From Candidatus Wolfebacteria bacterium RIFCSPLOWO2_01_FULL_38_11 (GTDB lineage Bacteria; Patescibacteriota; Minisyncoccia; UBA6257; UBA9933): DNA of 44,396 bases. The stretch is from contig MGIQ01000023.1 of NCBI GenBank assembly GCA_001793825.1, forward strand, positions 3,450-47,845, written 5' to 3'. The translations under genes and the position numbers were made by a program. Shown here in pieces: positions 32,298 to 40,857 of the stretch. Numbering within the stretch: position 1 is the first letter of the stretch; each line of letters starts with the position of its first letter. The notes under the pieces are model-generated. The model was not told the DNA's origin and made no database searches. It saw only the letters and a program-made list of their open reading frames with translations.

Positions 32298-32723
32298 TTA
32301 AATATCAAAAACTAAATTCGTCAGCCATATTCCTTTGATTTTTTTTATATCCAAATCTTCATAAGTAATCGCTTTTATGTCTTCATCAAATTTTTCAACC
32401 GGATATTTTGTTAATTCTGCCTGAAATTCGTGTTTCTCCCGTACTACTTTATACTTACTACTTACTACTAAATAAACGCATTTATTAATCTGTGATTTTG
32501 CCAAAATTTCACTCAAAAAATCCACCAAAAGAGAATTGATGTCAATTGATTTTAATTTAATTCTTAATTCTAAATTCTTAATTCTTAATTCAGATTTCAT
32601 CGCCGTCGGCGATAAAATCTGCGCCATTGCCTCAGTGGCGCTAGAAAACAATTCTTCAATTGTTTTTCCGTAAATTCGCAGGCGAAGCTCCGCCGGATGG
32701 GGAAGAATTTCATATTTTTTCAT
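32298..32723 (-). CDS. Archease (RtcB activator)
   Basis: 141 aa with the N-terminal HPAELRLRIYGKTIEELF and C-terminal IKAITYEDL patterns typical of archease. It is adjacent to rtcB. Confidence 0.85.
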   Translation of the reverse strand: MKKYEILPHPAELRLRIYGKTIEELFSSATEAMAQILSPTAMKSELRIKNLELRIKLKSIDINSLLVDFLSEILAKSQINKCVYLVVSSKYKVVREKHEFQAELTKYPVEKFDEDIKAITYEDLDIKKIKGIWLTNLVFDI

Positions 32724-32741
32724 ATCAGGATTCTTAAATTT

Positions 32742-32783
32742 GTTTATTCGTAAATTCGTAATTAATTCGTTATTCGCTGATTT
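32742..32783. repeat. AT-rich TTCGTA-type element, copy C (half element)
   Basis: GTTTATTCGTAAATTCGTAATTAATTCGTTATTCGCTGATTT matches 1775-1818 apart from a 2-nt indel and one substitution. It overlaps the last six codons and the stop of murE. Confidence 0.85.
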
Positions 32784-34126
32784 AATATTTCTTCAATAAT
32801 TTTCCCTTCATCCCATGGAATTTTCTGATTATTTTCCACACACATCCAGGATTCTCCGCCTTTGCCCGTTAAAATCACCACATCTCCTTTTTTTGCCAAA
32901 TAAATCGCTTTTTTAATTGCCTCTAGACGGTCAATAATTTTATATAAATTCTGAATTCGTGAGAATCCGCTTTCTATATTATTTATAATATCAAGCGGAT
33001 TCTCGTCGTACGGGTCTTCATTGGTTAAAATAATTTTGTCACAATATTTTTCTGCAATTTTCCCCATTTGCGGCCGTTTCCATTTATCTCTGCCTCCTCC
33101 CTGCGCTCCCAATAAGCAGATTAATTTTGACTTGCGCTTGGCGATTTGCGCTTCATTTATTGTTTTATAGACCGCTTCCAAGCTCGCTGGTTCATGGGCA
33201 TAATCGATGATGATAGTAAAATCATTTTTTTTATCTATTCGTATGTGCCTATTCGTTAAGGCTTTCGCATATATAATTTCCATTCTTCCGTTCGGCGCTT
33301 TGGCTTCTTTCAGGGCTTTTCTGATTTTTTCCTTTGAAATATTTTGAGACCAAGCAGCGCAAATCGCCGCCGCTGCGTTGTAAACATTGAATTTGCCAAT
33401 AAACGGCAATTCAAATTTCTCTTTGTTGGCCGTAAATTCCGTTTTGTTTGCGCTTAATTTGATTTTGGATATTTTTAAAATATTATTAATTTTCAATTTT
33501 TCGCCATTTACTTTTGACTTGGTTGTATATCCATACTTTTGCCATAGTTTAGGCTCAAGAAAAAATTCAACATTTTCATCGTCTAAATTATAAATACCAA
33601 TGCCGGTTTTTTTATGAGCCACTTTTTCAAAAAGTTTTATCTTGGCAGCGCGGTAATTTTCAAAATTTCCATGGCGTTCAATATGTTCCGGCGATAAATT
33701 GGTAAAAACTGCCGCGTCATAATCAATAAACTTATGCCGATATTGCAAGATTCCTTCCGACGATGTTTCCACCACTGCGTATTTGCATTCTTCTTTCTGC
33801 ATTTGATAAAGCAATTTTTGCAGCTGAAATCTGCCAAGCATTGTTTGTTTGGTTTCATTTTTCCATTCTTTATTTCCAATTCGAAAATTAACAGTCGTCG
33901 CCATTCCGGTTTTAAATTCCGCGGAATTGAATATTTGGGCGATTAAATTGCAGGTTGTGGTTTTACCTTTTGTTCCAATCACGCCAATCACAGTCATTTT
34001 CTCGGAAGGAAATCCGTAAAAAAAAGCCGCCAAGTAAGCTAAAGAAAAATGGTAAATCGGTTGGATTAGTCGATAAAGTCTTTTTGGAATTAAATATTTT
34101 TCAATAAATCTTAAAAAATTTTCCAT
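32762..34126 (-). CDS. murE: Mur ligase, most likely UDP-MurNAc-L-Ala-D-Glu:2,6-diaminopimelate (or L-Lys) ligase
   Basis: 454 aa with GVIGTKGKTTT, DYAHEP, and TNEDPYDE, which resembles the MurE TSDNPR region. The amino-acid specificity cannot be determined from this. Confidence 0.75.
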   Translation of the reverse strand: MENFLRFIEKYLIPKRLYRLIQPIYHFSLAYLAAFFYGFPSEKMTVIGVIGTKGKTTTCNLIAQIFNSAEFKTGMATTVNFRIGNKEWKNETKQTMLGRFQLQKLLYQMQKEECKYAVVETSSEGILQYRHKFIDYDAAVFTNLSPEHIERHGNFENYRAAKIKLFEKVAHKKTGIGIYNLDDENVEFFLEPKLWQKYGYTTKSKVNGEKLKINNILKISKIKLSANKTEFTANKEKFELPFIGKFNVYNAAAAICAAWSQNISKEKIRKALKEAKAPNGRMEIIYAKALTNRHIRIDKKNDFTIIIDYAHEPASLEAVYKTINEAQIAKRKSKLICLLGAQGGGRDKWKRPQMGKIAEKYCDKIILTNEDPYDENPLDIINNIESGFSRIQNLYKIIDRLEAIKKAIYLAKKGDVVILTGKGGESWMCVENNQKIPWDEGKIIEEILNQRITN

Positions 34127-34127
34127 T

Positions 34128-35375
34128 TTATATTGCTAAATAATTTAACGGATTAATATCTCCGCCAGTTGGCGTGGGACCGCAACTTCTACTGGGTTTT
34201 AAATTAAAAGTAGCGGTGCTGTAAACCGTAAAATGCAAATGCGGGCCAGTGGCATATCCTGTTTTGCCGATATAGCCGATAAATTGTCCCTTTTGTACTT
34301 GGTCTCCGATTTTAACATTGTACAGCGAAAGATGGGCATATAACGTTGTTAAATTATTTTCATGCTGGATTGCAATATATTTTCCATAAGCTCCCCGATA
34401 ACAATAATTGTCTTGATTATCAACGTTTATCACTTTTCCCTTTTCCGCTGCCAATATCGGCGTTCCGATTGGACCGCCAAAATCAATACCATTGTGCCAT
34501 TTTCCCCGATAACCGTATTTGGCAAATGTTGTTGCCCCATATCCCTGTGTTAATCTTGAGATTTCAACCGGAATCCCCAGAACTCCGGGTCTGGCAGAGG
34601 GGATAAGAGTTGGATCTATTTTTAATCTTAATTCTTCTTCTATTCCTTCAAGTTCTGATGCGATTTCCGCTTGTTTTTTTTCCAACTCGCTTAAATTTTT
34701 CTGATAAACTTTTTCCTGATTTTTCGTTTCTTCCAAAAGAACCTGCTTGTCTTTTTTAATTTCCTCAGAAATTAATTTCTTATTTTTTAAATTGGAGTTT
34801 TCTATTTCCTTTCCGAATTTTTTATTGGAAACTTCGCTGAGATTTTCCGTTAATTGCAGTTTAAGTTCTTTTAACCCTTGGATTTCTTCGGATAGATTGG
34901 CGTTTAATTCGCTTAAATTTTCCGCTTCATTTACGCTTTCCGCCAAGCTTTTATTTTTAAGAAAAATTACCAAAAGAGTGTCATTGTCTTTTTCTTGAAG
35001 CTCTCTTAACGTTTCGGCAATGGCTTTTTTTTGGATATCGGTTTTTTCTTCAATGTCGCCGATAGTGTATTGCAAAGATTCTATTTCCAATCCGAATTTT
35101 TCAATCATTATCTCGCTCGATTTAATGCCAAGTCTTATCTGGTTTAATTGGCCGTCAACCTTATTTATTTCTTTTTTTAACGTTTTGCTTTCTTCTTGTG
35201 TTCCTTCTATTTTCTTCTGGGTTTCTTGGATTTGGCTGTTTATTTCCAAAATTTCTTTTACTTTTTTATCAATAGATTCTTTTAATTCCAAAGGCAGGGC
35301 CGCTTTTGCCGGAGAATTTTGTCCAAAAACAATCAAAAAGCAGAAAATAAAAAATGAGACGATTATTTTTTTCAT
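34128..35375 (-). CDS. M23 family metallopeptidase with N-terminal coiled coil (EnvC-like)
   Basis: 415 aa with a signal peptide and a long E/K/Q-rich coiled coil. The LytM domain carries HNGIDFG and GPHLHF. Confidence 0.88.
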   Translation of the reverse strand: MKKIIVSFFIFCFLIVFGQNSPAKAALPLELKESIDKKVKEILEINSQIQETQKKIEGTQEESKTLKKEINKVDGQLNQIRLGIKSSEIMIEKFGLEIESLQYTIGDIEEKTDIQKKAIAETLRELQEKDNDTLLVIFLKNKSLAESVNEAENLSELNANLSEEIQGLKELKLQLTENLSEVSNKKFGKEIENSNLKNKKLISEEIKKDKQVLLEETKNQEKVYQKNLSELEKKQAEIASELEGIEEELRLKIDPTLIPSARPGVLGIPVEISRLTQGYGATTFAKYGYRGKWHNGIDFGGPIGTPILAAEKGKVINVDNQDNYCYRGAYGKYIAIQHENNLTTLYAHLSLYNVKIGDQVQKGQFIGYIGKTGYATGPHLHFTVYSTATFNLKPSRSCGPTPTGGDINPLNYLAI

Positions 35376-35383
35376 ATAAAATT

Positions 35384-35959
35384 CTAATTTTTCGCCAAAA
35401 TTTTTAAAGCTTCTTTTATTCTATCTTCGATTTTCTTTGTTTTTGTCGGAATATGTTTTATTGCCTCCTGGATTTCATTTGGCTTATATCCCAAATTTTT
35501 TAAAGCTTTTTCAATGTCGGAATCCGCCTCTATTAAAGGAAGGAGTTCTTCGTTGGTTTTTCTCTTAATTTTGTCCTTTAATTCCAAGACGATTCTCTCC
35601 GCTGTTTTCTTTCCAATGCCGGCTTTAGTTAGAAGATCTGTGCGGTTTTTGTTAATAATCGCGAAAAAGCGGTCAATATCGGAAATTCCCAACATTTTAA
35701 GCGCGTTTTTCGGCCCAATGCCGCTGATGGAAATCAATAATTCAAACATTTCCAATTCTTCATATTTTAAAAATCCGTATAATTCCATGCCATCCTGTTT
35801 GTTGTGGGTATGGCAAAAAATTTTTGTTTTCGAGCCGATTTTCGGCAATTTATAAAAAGCTTTTGGAGAAATAAAAACCCTAAATCCTATTCCATTTGCT
35901 TCCAATATGATAAATTGCGGTTTTTTTGCCACAATTCTTCCGGATAAAAAAGATATCAT
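35384..35959 (-). CDS. ruvA: Holliday junction DNA helicase subunit RuvA
   Basis: 191 aa with MISFLSGRI, an HhH region (ISGIGPKNALKML) and a C-terminal domain III. Confidence 0.92.
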   Translation of the reverse strand: MISFLSGRIVAKKPQFIILEANGIGFRVFISPKAFYKLPKIGSKTKIFCHTHNKQDGMELYGFLKYEELEMFELLISISGIGPKNALKMLGISDIDRFFAIINKNRTDLLTKAGIGKKTAERIVLELKDKIKRKTNEELLPLIEADSDIEKALKNLGYKPNEIQEAIKHIPTKTKKIEDRIKEALKILAKN

Positions 35960-36046
35960 ATGAAATTTTATTATATCTTAAAAACAGAGAATTTTCTATC
36001 TTTTATATTGACAGCGTCATTTTTTTAAAGTATTCTAATTTCACTT

Positions 36047-36304
36047 ATGCCAATTACTAAATCAGCTAAAAAAGCTTTGCGCCAAAGCGTCAGAAAGCGG
36101 AAAAAAAATCTGAAAAGAAAATCCGAATTGAAGTCTGTTATTAAGAAATATAAAGGGCTTATTATTGAGGGTAAAAAAGAAGACGCCGCCAAATATTTGT
36201 CCCAAGTTTACAAAAAACTCGACAAGTTCGCCAAGGTCAATCTTATTAAAAATAACAAAGCTTCAAGAACTAAATCCCGGCTTTCCAAGCTTTTAGCAAA
36301 ATAA
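36047..36304 (+). CDS. rpsT: 30S ribosomal protein S20
   Basis: 85 aa with the MPITKSAKKALRQS N-terminus and strongly basic composition. Confidence 0.93.
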   Translation: MPITKSAKKALRQSVRKRKKNLKRKSELKSVIKKYKGLIIEGKKEDAAKYLSQVYKKLDKFAKVNLIKNNKASRTKSRLSKLLAK

Positions 36305-36337
36305 AAAACAGCCCAATCATTGATTGGGCTGTTTTTT
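36303..36337. terminator. Bidirectional terminator between rpsT and pnp
   Basis: CAGCCCAATCA (36309-36319) pairs perfectly with TGATTGGGCTG (36321-36331). It is flanked by AAAAAA and TTTTTT. Confidence 0.85.
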
Positions 36338-36348
36338 ATTTAATTCAT

Positions 36349-38448
36349 TTATTTATTAATCGCCTTCATAGACAATCCGATTCTCCCATTTTCAATTTTA
36401 ATGATTTTCGCCTTGACAATGTCTCCGAGCTTAACCACGTCTTCCACTTTTTTAACAAACCCTTCTTTAAGTTCGGAAACATGGATCATTCCGTCTTTTC
36501 CTCCTCCTAAATCGACAATCGCTCCAAATTCCAATATTTTTATAATTTTCCCTTCGATAATTTCCCCGATTTGAAATGTTCGCGTTAAAGATTGGATTTG
36601 CCGCAGTGCCGCTTGTGCTTTTTCCAGACTTTCCGCTGTGATGAAAATCCTGCCCGTCTGCTCAATGTCGATTGTTGTTACTCCTGTTTCTTTAATAATG
36701 GTGTTAATCATTTTGCCGCCCGGACCGATTACTTCTCCGATTTGTTCCGGCAAAATATCTATCGTTAAAACTCTTGGCGCGTAAGCTGAAATTTCCGGCC
36801 GAGGTTTGCTGATGGCTTTTCCGATAAAATCTAAAATTTCCAGCCGAGCTTTTTTAGATTGTTCTAAAACTTCTTCCAGTATTTTTGGAGTAATGCCTTC
36901 TATTTTAACATCCATTTGCATTGCCGTGATGCCATCAGCCGTGCCTGCTACTTTGCAATCCATATCGCCGTAATGGTCTTCCGGACCTTGAATATCCGTT
37001 AAAATTTTATATCTTCCGTCTTCCGAACTCATTAGTCCCATTGCAATGCCGGCCGCCGGTTTTTTTATTGGCACTCCTGCATCCATCAAAGACATTGACG
37101 CTGCGCAAACGCTTGCCATGGAAGATGATCCATTGGAAGATAAAATTTCTGAAACAACTCTGATGGTGTAGGGAAACTCATCAGTAGAAGGAATGAGCGA
37201 TTTAACGGCTTTTTCCGCTAAATTGCCGTGTCCTACTTCTCTTCTACCCACCCCGCCCATTCTTCCTGTTTCCCCGACTGAATAAGGCGGGAAATTATAA
37301 TGCAGCATAAACCTTCGCTTTCCGGAAACTTCCATTGTTTCCACTAATTGTTCCGCTCCGGGCGCGGCCAAAGTGGTCACTGCCAAGGCTTGAGTGTTTC
37401 CGCGGAAAAACAAAGCTGAACCGTGAAGTCTTTTCAAGATTCCCGCCTCTGCGTAAAGTTCCCGAACTTGGTCAAGCTGTCTTCCGTCCGGCCGTTTTCC
37501 GCTTTCTAAAATATTTTTATGGACCAATTTATCAATTTCTTCTTCCCAAATTGTTTCCATATCTTCGAATTCTGAAATTGATTCCGAAAGTAAATATTGC
37601 TTTAAATTTTCTTTAAGTTCATGAAGCCTGTTTTGGCGTTCGGTTTTATCTTTAATATAGAGCGCTTCTTCTATTTTATTATTTAAAAATACAGAAATTT
37701 TTTCTTTCAATTCTTGGCTGGGTTTTTTTATTTCAATCTCAATTTTCGCCTGCCCGATTTTTTTTGCGATTTCTTTTTGAAATTCGATTAATTTTTTAAT
37801 TTCTTCGTGGCCTTCCCCAAAAGTTTCTACTATATCCTTTTCGCGCGCTTCATTTCCGCCTAATTCAATCATGTTTATTCTTTCGCTGGTTGCGCTGATA
37901 AAAGCGTCAAACAAAATATTTTTATTTTCTTCAAAAATTTGATTAGTTGGATTGATAATTGTTTTTCCGTCAGCGGTTCTCGCCAATCTCACGCCCGCAA
38001 TCGGCCCGTTCCATGGAATAGGAGAGATTAAAAGAGCCGTTGAAGCGGAAAGCAGGGCAATGAAATCAGGGTCATTGGCTTCATCATAAGAAAGCACGGT
38101 GATAATAAGTTGGACATCGCGTCTCATGGCATGGTTAAAAAGCGGTCTGATGCTGCGGTCAATCAAGCGCCCCGATAAAATCGCATTTTCTGAAGGTCTT
38201 CCTTCTCTTCGCACAAATCTCGAGCCGATTATTTTTCCCGCCGCGTAAAATTTTTCCTCATAATCAACAACAAGGGGAAAATAATTAATATCTTTATCTT
38301 GTTTTCCCATTACCGCAGTCACCAAAACAGAAGTGTCTCCGTAAGTGCCGATTACCGCCGCATCAGCTTGTTCGCCTATTTTAGAAACGCTTAACGTAAG
38401 CGGTTGTCCCGCAAAATCAATTGAGAATTGTTGCTTATTTAAATCCAT
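36349..38448 (-). CDS. pnp: Polyribonucleotide nucleotidyltransferase (PNPase)
   Basis: 699 aa with two RNase PH domains and KH and S1 C-terminal domains (GMIHVSEL). Confidence 0.96.
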   Translation of the reverse strand: MDLNKQQFSIDFAGQPLTLSVSKIGEQADAAVIGTYGDTSVLVTAVMGKQDKDINYFPLVVDYEEKFYAAGKIIGSRFVRREGRPSENAILSGRLIDRSIRPLFNHAMRRDVQLIITVLSYDEANDPDFIALLSASTALLISPIPWNGPIAGVRLARTADGKTIINPTNQIFEENKNILFDAFISATSERINMIELGGNEAREKDIVETFGEGHEEIKKLIEFQKEIAKKIGQAKIEIEIKKPSQELKEKISVFLNNKIEEALYIKDKTERQNRLHELKENLKQYLLSESISEFEDMETIWEEEIDKLVHKNILESGKRPDGRQLDQVRELYAEAGILKRLHGSALFFRGNTQALAVTTLAAPGAEQLVETMEVSGKRRFMLHYNFPPYSVGETGRMGGVGRREVGHGNLAEKAVKSLIPSTDEFPYTIRVVSEILSSNGSSSMASVCAASMSLMDAGVPIKKPAAGIAMGLMSSEDGRYKILTDIQGPEDHYGDMDCKVAGTADGITAMQMDVKIEGITPKILEEVLEQSKKARLEILDFIGKAISKPRPEISAYAPRVLTIDILPEQIGEVIGPGGKMINTIIKETGVTTIDIEQTGRIFITAESLEKAQAALRQIQSLTRTFQIGEIIEGKIIKILEFGAIVDLGGGKDGMIHVSELKEGFVKKVEDVVKLGDIVKAKIIKIENGRIGLSMKAINK

Positions 38449-38454
38449 AAAAAT

Positions 38455-38970
38455 TTATCTTTTAAATACAATTTTCGGAATTTTATCTAAATCAATGAAA
38501 AAATCCGCCGCTTCCCTGAGTTTGCTTGAAGTGCTTCTGCCGAAAGCCGCCACTTCCACATGTTTGCCCAAGCCCCATTTGAGATATTCCACCAAAGGCG
38601 TAAAATCTCCGTCGCCCGTAACTATCACAACCGCATCCAAAGAATTAGCCATCCTAATCGCGTCAACCGCCATGCCCACATCCCAGTCCGCTTTTTTTAC
38701 TCCGCCCGCAAAAATTTGAAGATCCTTTACTCTTAGTTCAATGCCGGCTTTTTCCAAAGCGTCAAAAAAAGCCGCTTCCGAAGACCCTTCGGCAGTGTCG
38801 CTTTTTACAACATAGCCGATAGCGCGGATTAATTGCCTGTTTCCAGCGAGTATTTTGAGTAATTCCTTATAATTTACTCTTCCGTGATAAAGATTTTTAG
38901 CGGAGTGATAAAGATTTTGGATATCAATGAAGATTCCAATCCTTTGATTTTTATATTTGCTCGCCATCAT
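38455..38970 (-). CDS. NYN-domain (LabA/DUF88-like) putative ribonuclease
   Basis: 171 aa with IGIFIDIQNLYHS..., ..KADWDVGMAVD.., and ..VTGDGDFTPLV, which fit the NYN/LabA acidic motifs. Its ATG overlaps the rpsO stop in a TAATG arrangement. It ends 6 nt before the pnp start. Confidence 0.8.
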   Translation of the reverse strand: MMASKYKNQRIGIFIDIQNLYHSAKNLYHGRVNYKELLKILAGNRQLIRAIGYVVKSDTAEGSSEAAFFDALEKAGIELRVKDLQIFAGGVKKADWDVGMAVDAIRMANSLDAVVIVTGDGDFTPLVEYLKWGLGKHVEVAAFGRSTSSKLREAADFFIDLDKIPKIVFKR

Positions 38971-39236
38971 TATTTTTTAAGGCCAAGCTTTCGCACAAGG
39001 CTGCTATAACTCTTGCTGTTATTTTTTGAAAGATAATCAAGAAGGATTTTCCTTTTGCTTACCATTTTAAGCAAGCCCCGGCGCGAATGATTGTCTTTTG
39101 GGTTCTTTTTTAAATGGTCGGTGAGTTCCGTAATTTGTTTGGTTAGTAAAGAAATTTGGATTTCCGCCGAGCCGGTGTCAGTCGTGTGGATGCCGTATTC
39201 TTTAAAAATATTCTGCTTTTGTCTTGTTGTAAGCAT
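38970..39236 (-). CDS. rpsO: 30S ribosomal protein S15
   Basis: 88 aa with TGSAEIQISLLT, HLKKNPKDNHSRRGLL and a KRKILLDYL pattern. Confidence 0.95.
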   Translation of the reverse strand: MLTTRQKQNIFKEYGIHTTDTGSAEIQISLLTKQITELTDHLKKNPKDNHSRRGLLKMVSKRKILLDYLSKNNSKSYSSLVRKLGLKK

Positions 39237-39337
39237 AAAAAATTAGTTTTTTAATATTACCTTATTGCCCTAAAAAAGGCAAGGGCTAAAAAAATAAACC
39301 CTTTGAAGAGTTTATTTAATATTAAAAAGTATTGGAT

Positions 39338-40855
39338 TTATCTGCTGATTAATTTAAGAAGTGCTCTATATAAGTTTGACCCGAGATTTGTCGTTGTTTC
39401 CGTTGGAGCTGTTTCTGGCGGATTCGTATAGGTGTTGGAATCAATCTCATTCGGCGCAATGTAAGTATTTATATCTGTAGTCGGTTGGGGATAATATTGG
39501 GTCGGATATCCGGAAGTTCCTTCTAATGGAATATAGTTGTAATTTTTATCAATAATTTTTTGATTGTAATAATCGGGAGATTTTTGTTCGTAATATTGCT
39601 GGTGATACTGTTGTTGATATTGCTGTTCGTAATTTTTATATCCTTCAAAATTTTGCTGATTATAATAAGATGCGCATTCTTCTTGTGATTTGCAATCAAT
39701 TGGAACGCCTTCGGGCAATCGATACTCATAATCTTTTATTCCACCCATTTCTTCACCTCCTCTCGTTTGATGATAATTTTCAAAGCATTTTCTCATTGTC
39801 TCGCCGACATCTTCTCTTACTGAGCTGAAATCACTGCTTCGGATTTTCTCGATTATTTCCGGTCCTAAGTTCGCTTTTAAGCATTCCGAGACTTCCGGAG
39901 GCGCGTTATTTATCATTTCTTTCATTTTATTCATTCCCTCGCCCATATTTTCCATACCGCTTTGCTTCATTCTTTCTATTTCTTCTTCACTCACGAGTCC
40001 AGCTTCTTTGGCAAAATTCATACATTCCTCCATATGAGATGAGTCAGAACAATAATTTTCGCATTCTTCTTTGCCCTTGCAGCCGCCCGGAGTGTTCCCC
40101 GATTTCATCAAAGACATCATTTTTCTCGCTTCTTCCACTTCTTCTTTGGGGATAAATCCGGCTGTCACGGCAAAATTCATACACTCCTCCATATGAGATT
40201 CTTCGGAACAATAAGATTCGCAATCTTTTTTATTCCTGCAGTTTCCCGGCGGCGTTAATCCGGACGCCATAGCTTTAGCCGCTTTCTTGGCGTCTTCTAA
40301 TTCATCTTCTGGAATCAGCCCTGCTTTTTCCGCAAAAGCCAAACATTCATTTATATGAGACATATCATTGCAATAAGTTTCGCATTCTTCTTTATTTTTG
40401 CAGCCACCCGGCAACTCTGCTCCTTCTCTTAAGGCAGCGGCTACTTTTTTTGCTTCTTCCAGTTCTTCCTCAAGCATTAAATCATGTTCTTCCGCGAAAG
40501 CCAGACACTCGTTCATATGAGAAGTGCTGTTGCAATAAGTTTCACATTCTTCTTTATTTTTGCAGCCGCCCGGCCCTTCTCCGATTTCCGTCACTACTCT
40601 TGCGCGTTTTGCGTCTTCCGTAGACATCAGCCCGTTTTTTTCGGCGAAATCAATGCAAACAGGCATATTTTTTTCTTCATCGCAATAATCTTTGCATTCT
40701 TCTTCACTCGTGCAATTGCCGAGTTCTGCGACGGGAAAAGTTATTTTATCAATTTGAGCTTGTGCGATAATTGAATAACCGGCAAAAATTCCGGTCATTA
40801 TTATTAAAAGAGCTAAAATCAAATTAAAGCTAAAATGATTTTTAAATATTTTCAT
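39338..40855 (-). CDS. Secreted tandem-repeat Cys-rich protein with Q/Y/N-rich C-terminal tail
   Basis: 505 aa with a signal peptide (..SIIAQA|Q). It has five ~53-54-aa modules of the form GGCKNKEECExYCxxxSHMxECxxFAxxxGL..EE.EEAKK, each with 4 Cys. These are followed by YEQQYQQQYHQQYYEQ...YPTQYYPQP low complexity. Confidence 0.75.
   Translation of the reverse strand: MKIFKNHFSFNLILALLIIMTGIFAGYSIIAQAQIDKITFPVAELGNCTSEEECKDYCDEEKNMPVCIDFAEKNGLMSTEDAKRARVVTEIGEGPGGCKNKEECETYCNSTSHMNECLAFAEEHDLMLEEELEEAKKVAAALREGAELPGGCKNKEECETYCNDMSHINECLAFAEKAGLIPEDELEDAKKAAKAMASGLTPPGNCRNKKDCESYCSEESHMEECMNFAVTAGFIPKEEVEEARKMMSLMKSGNTPGGCKGKEECENYCSDSSHMEECMNFAKEAGLVSEEEIERMKQSGMENMGEGMNKMKEMINNAPPEVSECLKANLGPEIIEKIRSSDFSSVREDVGETMRKCFENYHQTRGGEEMGGIKDYEYRLPEGVPIDCKSQEECASYYNQQNFEGYKNYEQQYQQQYHQQYYEQKSPDYYNQKIIDKNYNYIPLEGTSGYPTQYYPQPTTDINTYIAPNEIDSNTYTNPPETAPTETTTNLGSNLYRALLKLISR
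39930..40726 (-). repeat. Intragenic tandem repeat, period 159-162 nt, about 5 copies (approximate bounds)
   Basis: GCAATAAGTTTCGCATTCTTCTTTATTTTTGCAGCC at 40370 recurs nearly identically at 40532 (offset 162). More diverged copies lie at 40208 and 40049. Confidence 0.8.
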
Positions 40856-40857
40856 AT

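Noticed and set aside
34747-35379. Plus-strand ORFs of 83 and 119 aa antisense to the M23 peptidase gene
   Set aside because: They are Ser/Phe/Leu-rich low-complexity mirror images of the Glu/Lys-rich coiled-coil coding region on the minus strand. They have no SD and no independent signals.
39930-40726. Regularly spaced repeats considered as a possible CRISPR array (also the 7-8 nt unit arrays elsewhere)
   Set aside because: The 159-162-nt period lies inside an intact ORF and encodes protein modules. The short-unit arrays have no unique spacers. No cas genes are present.
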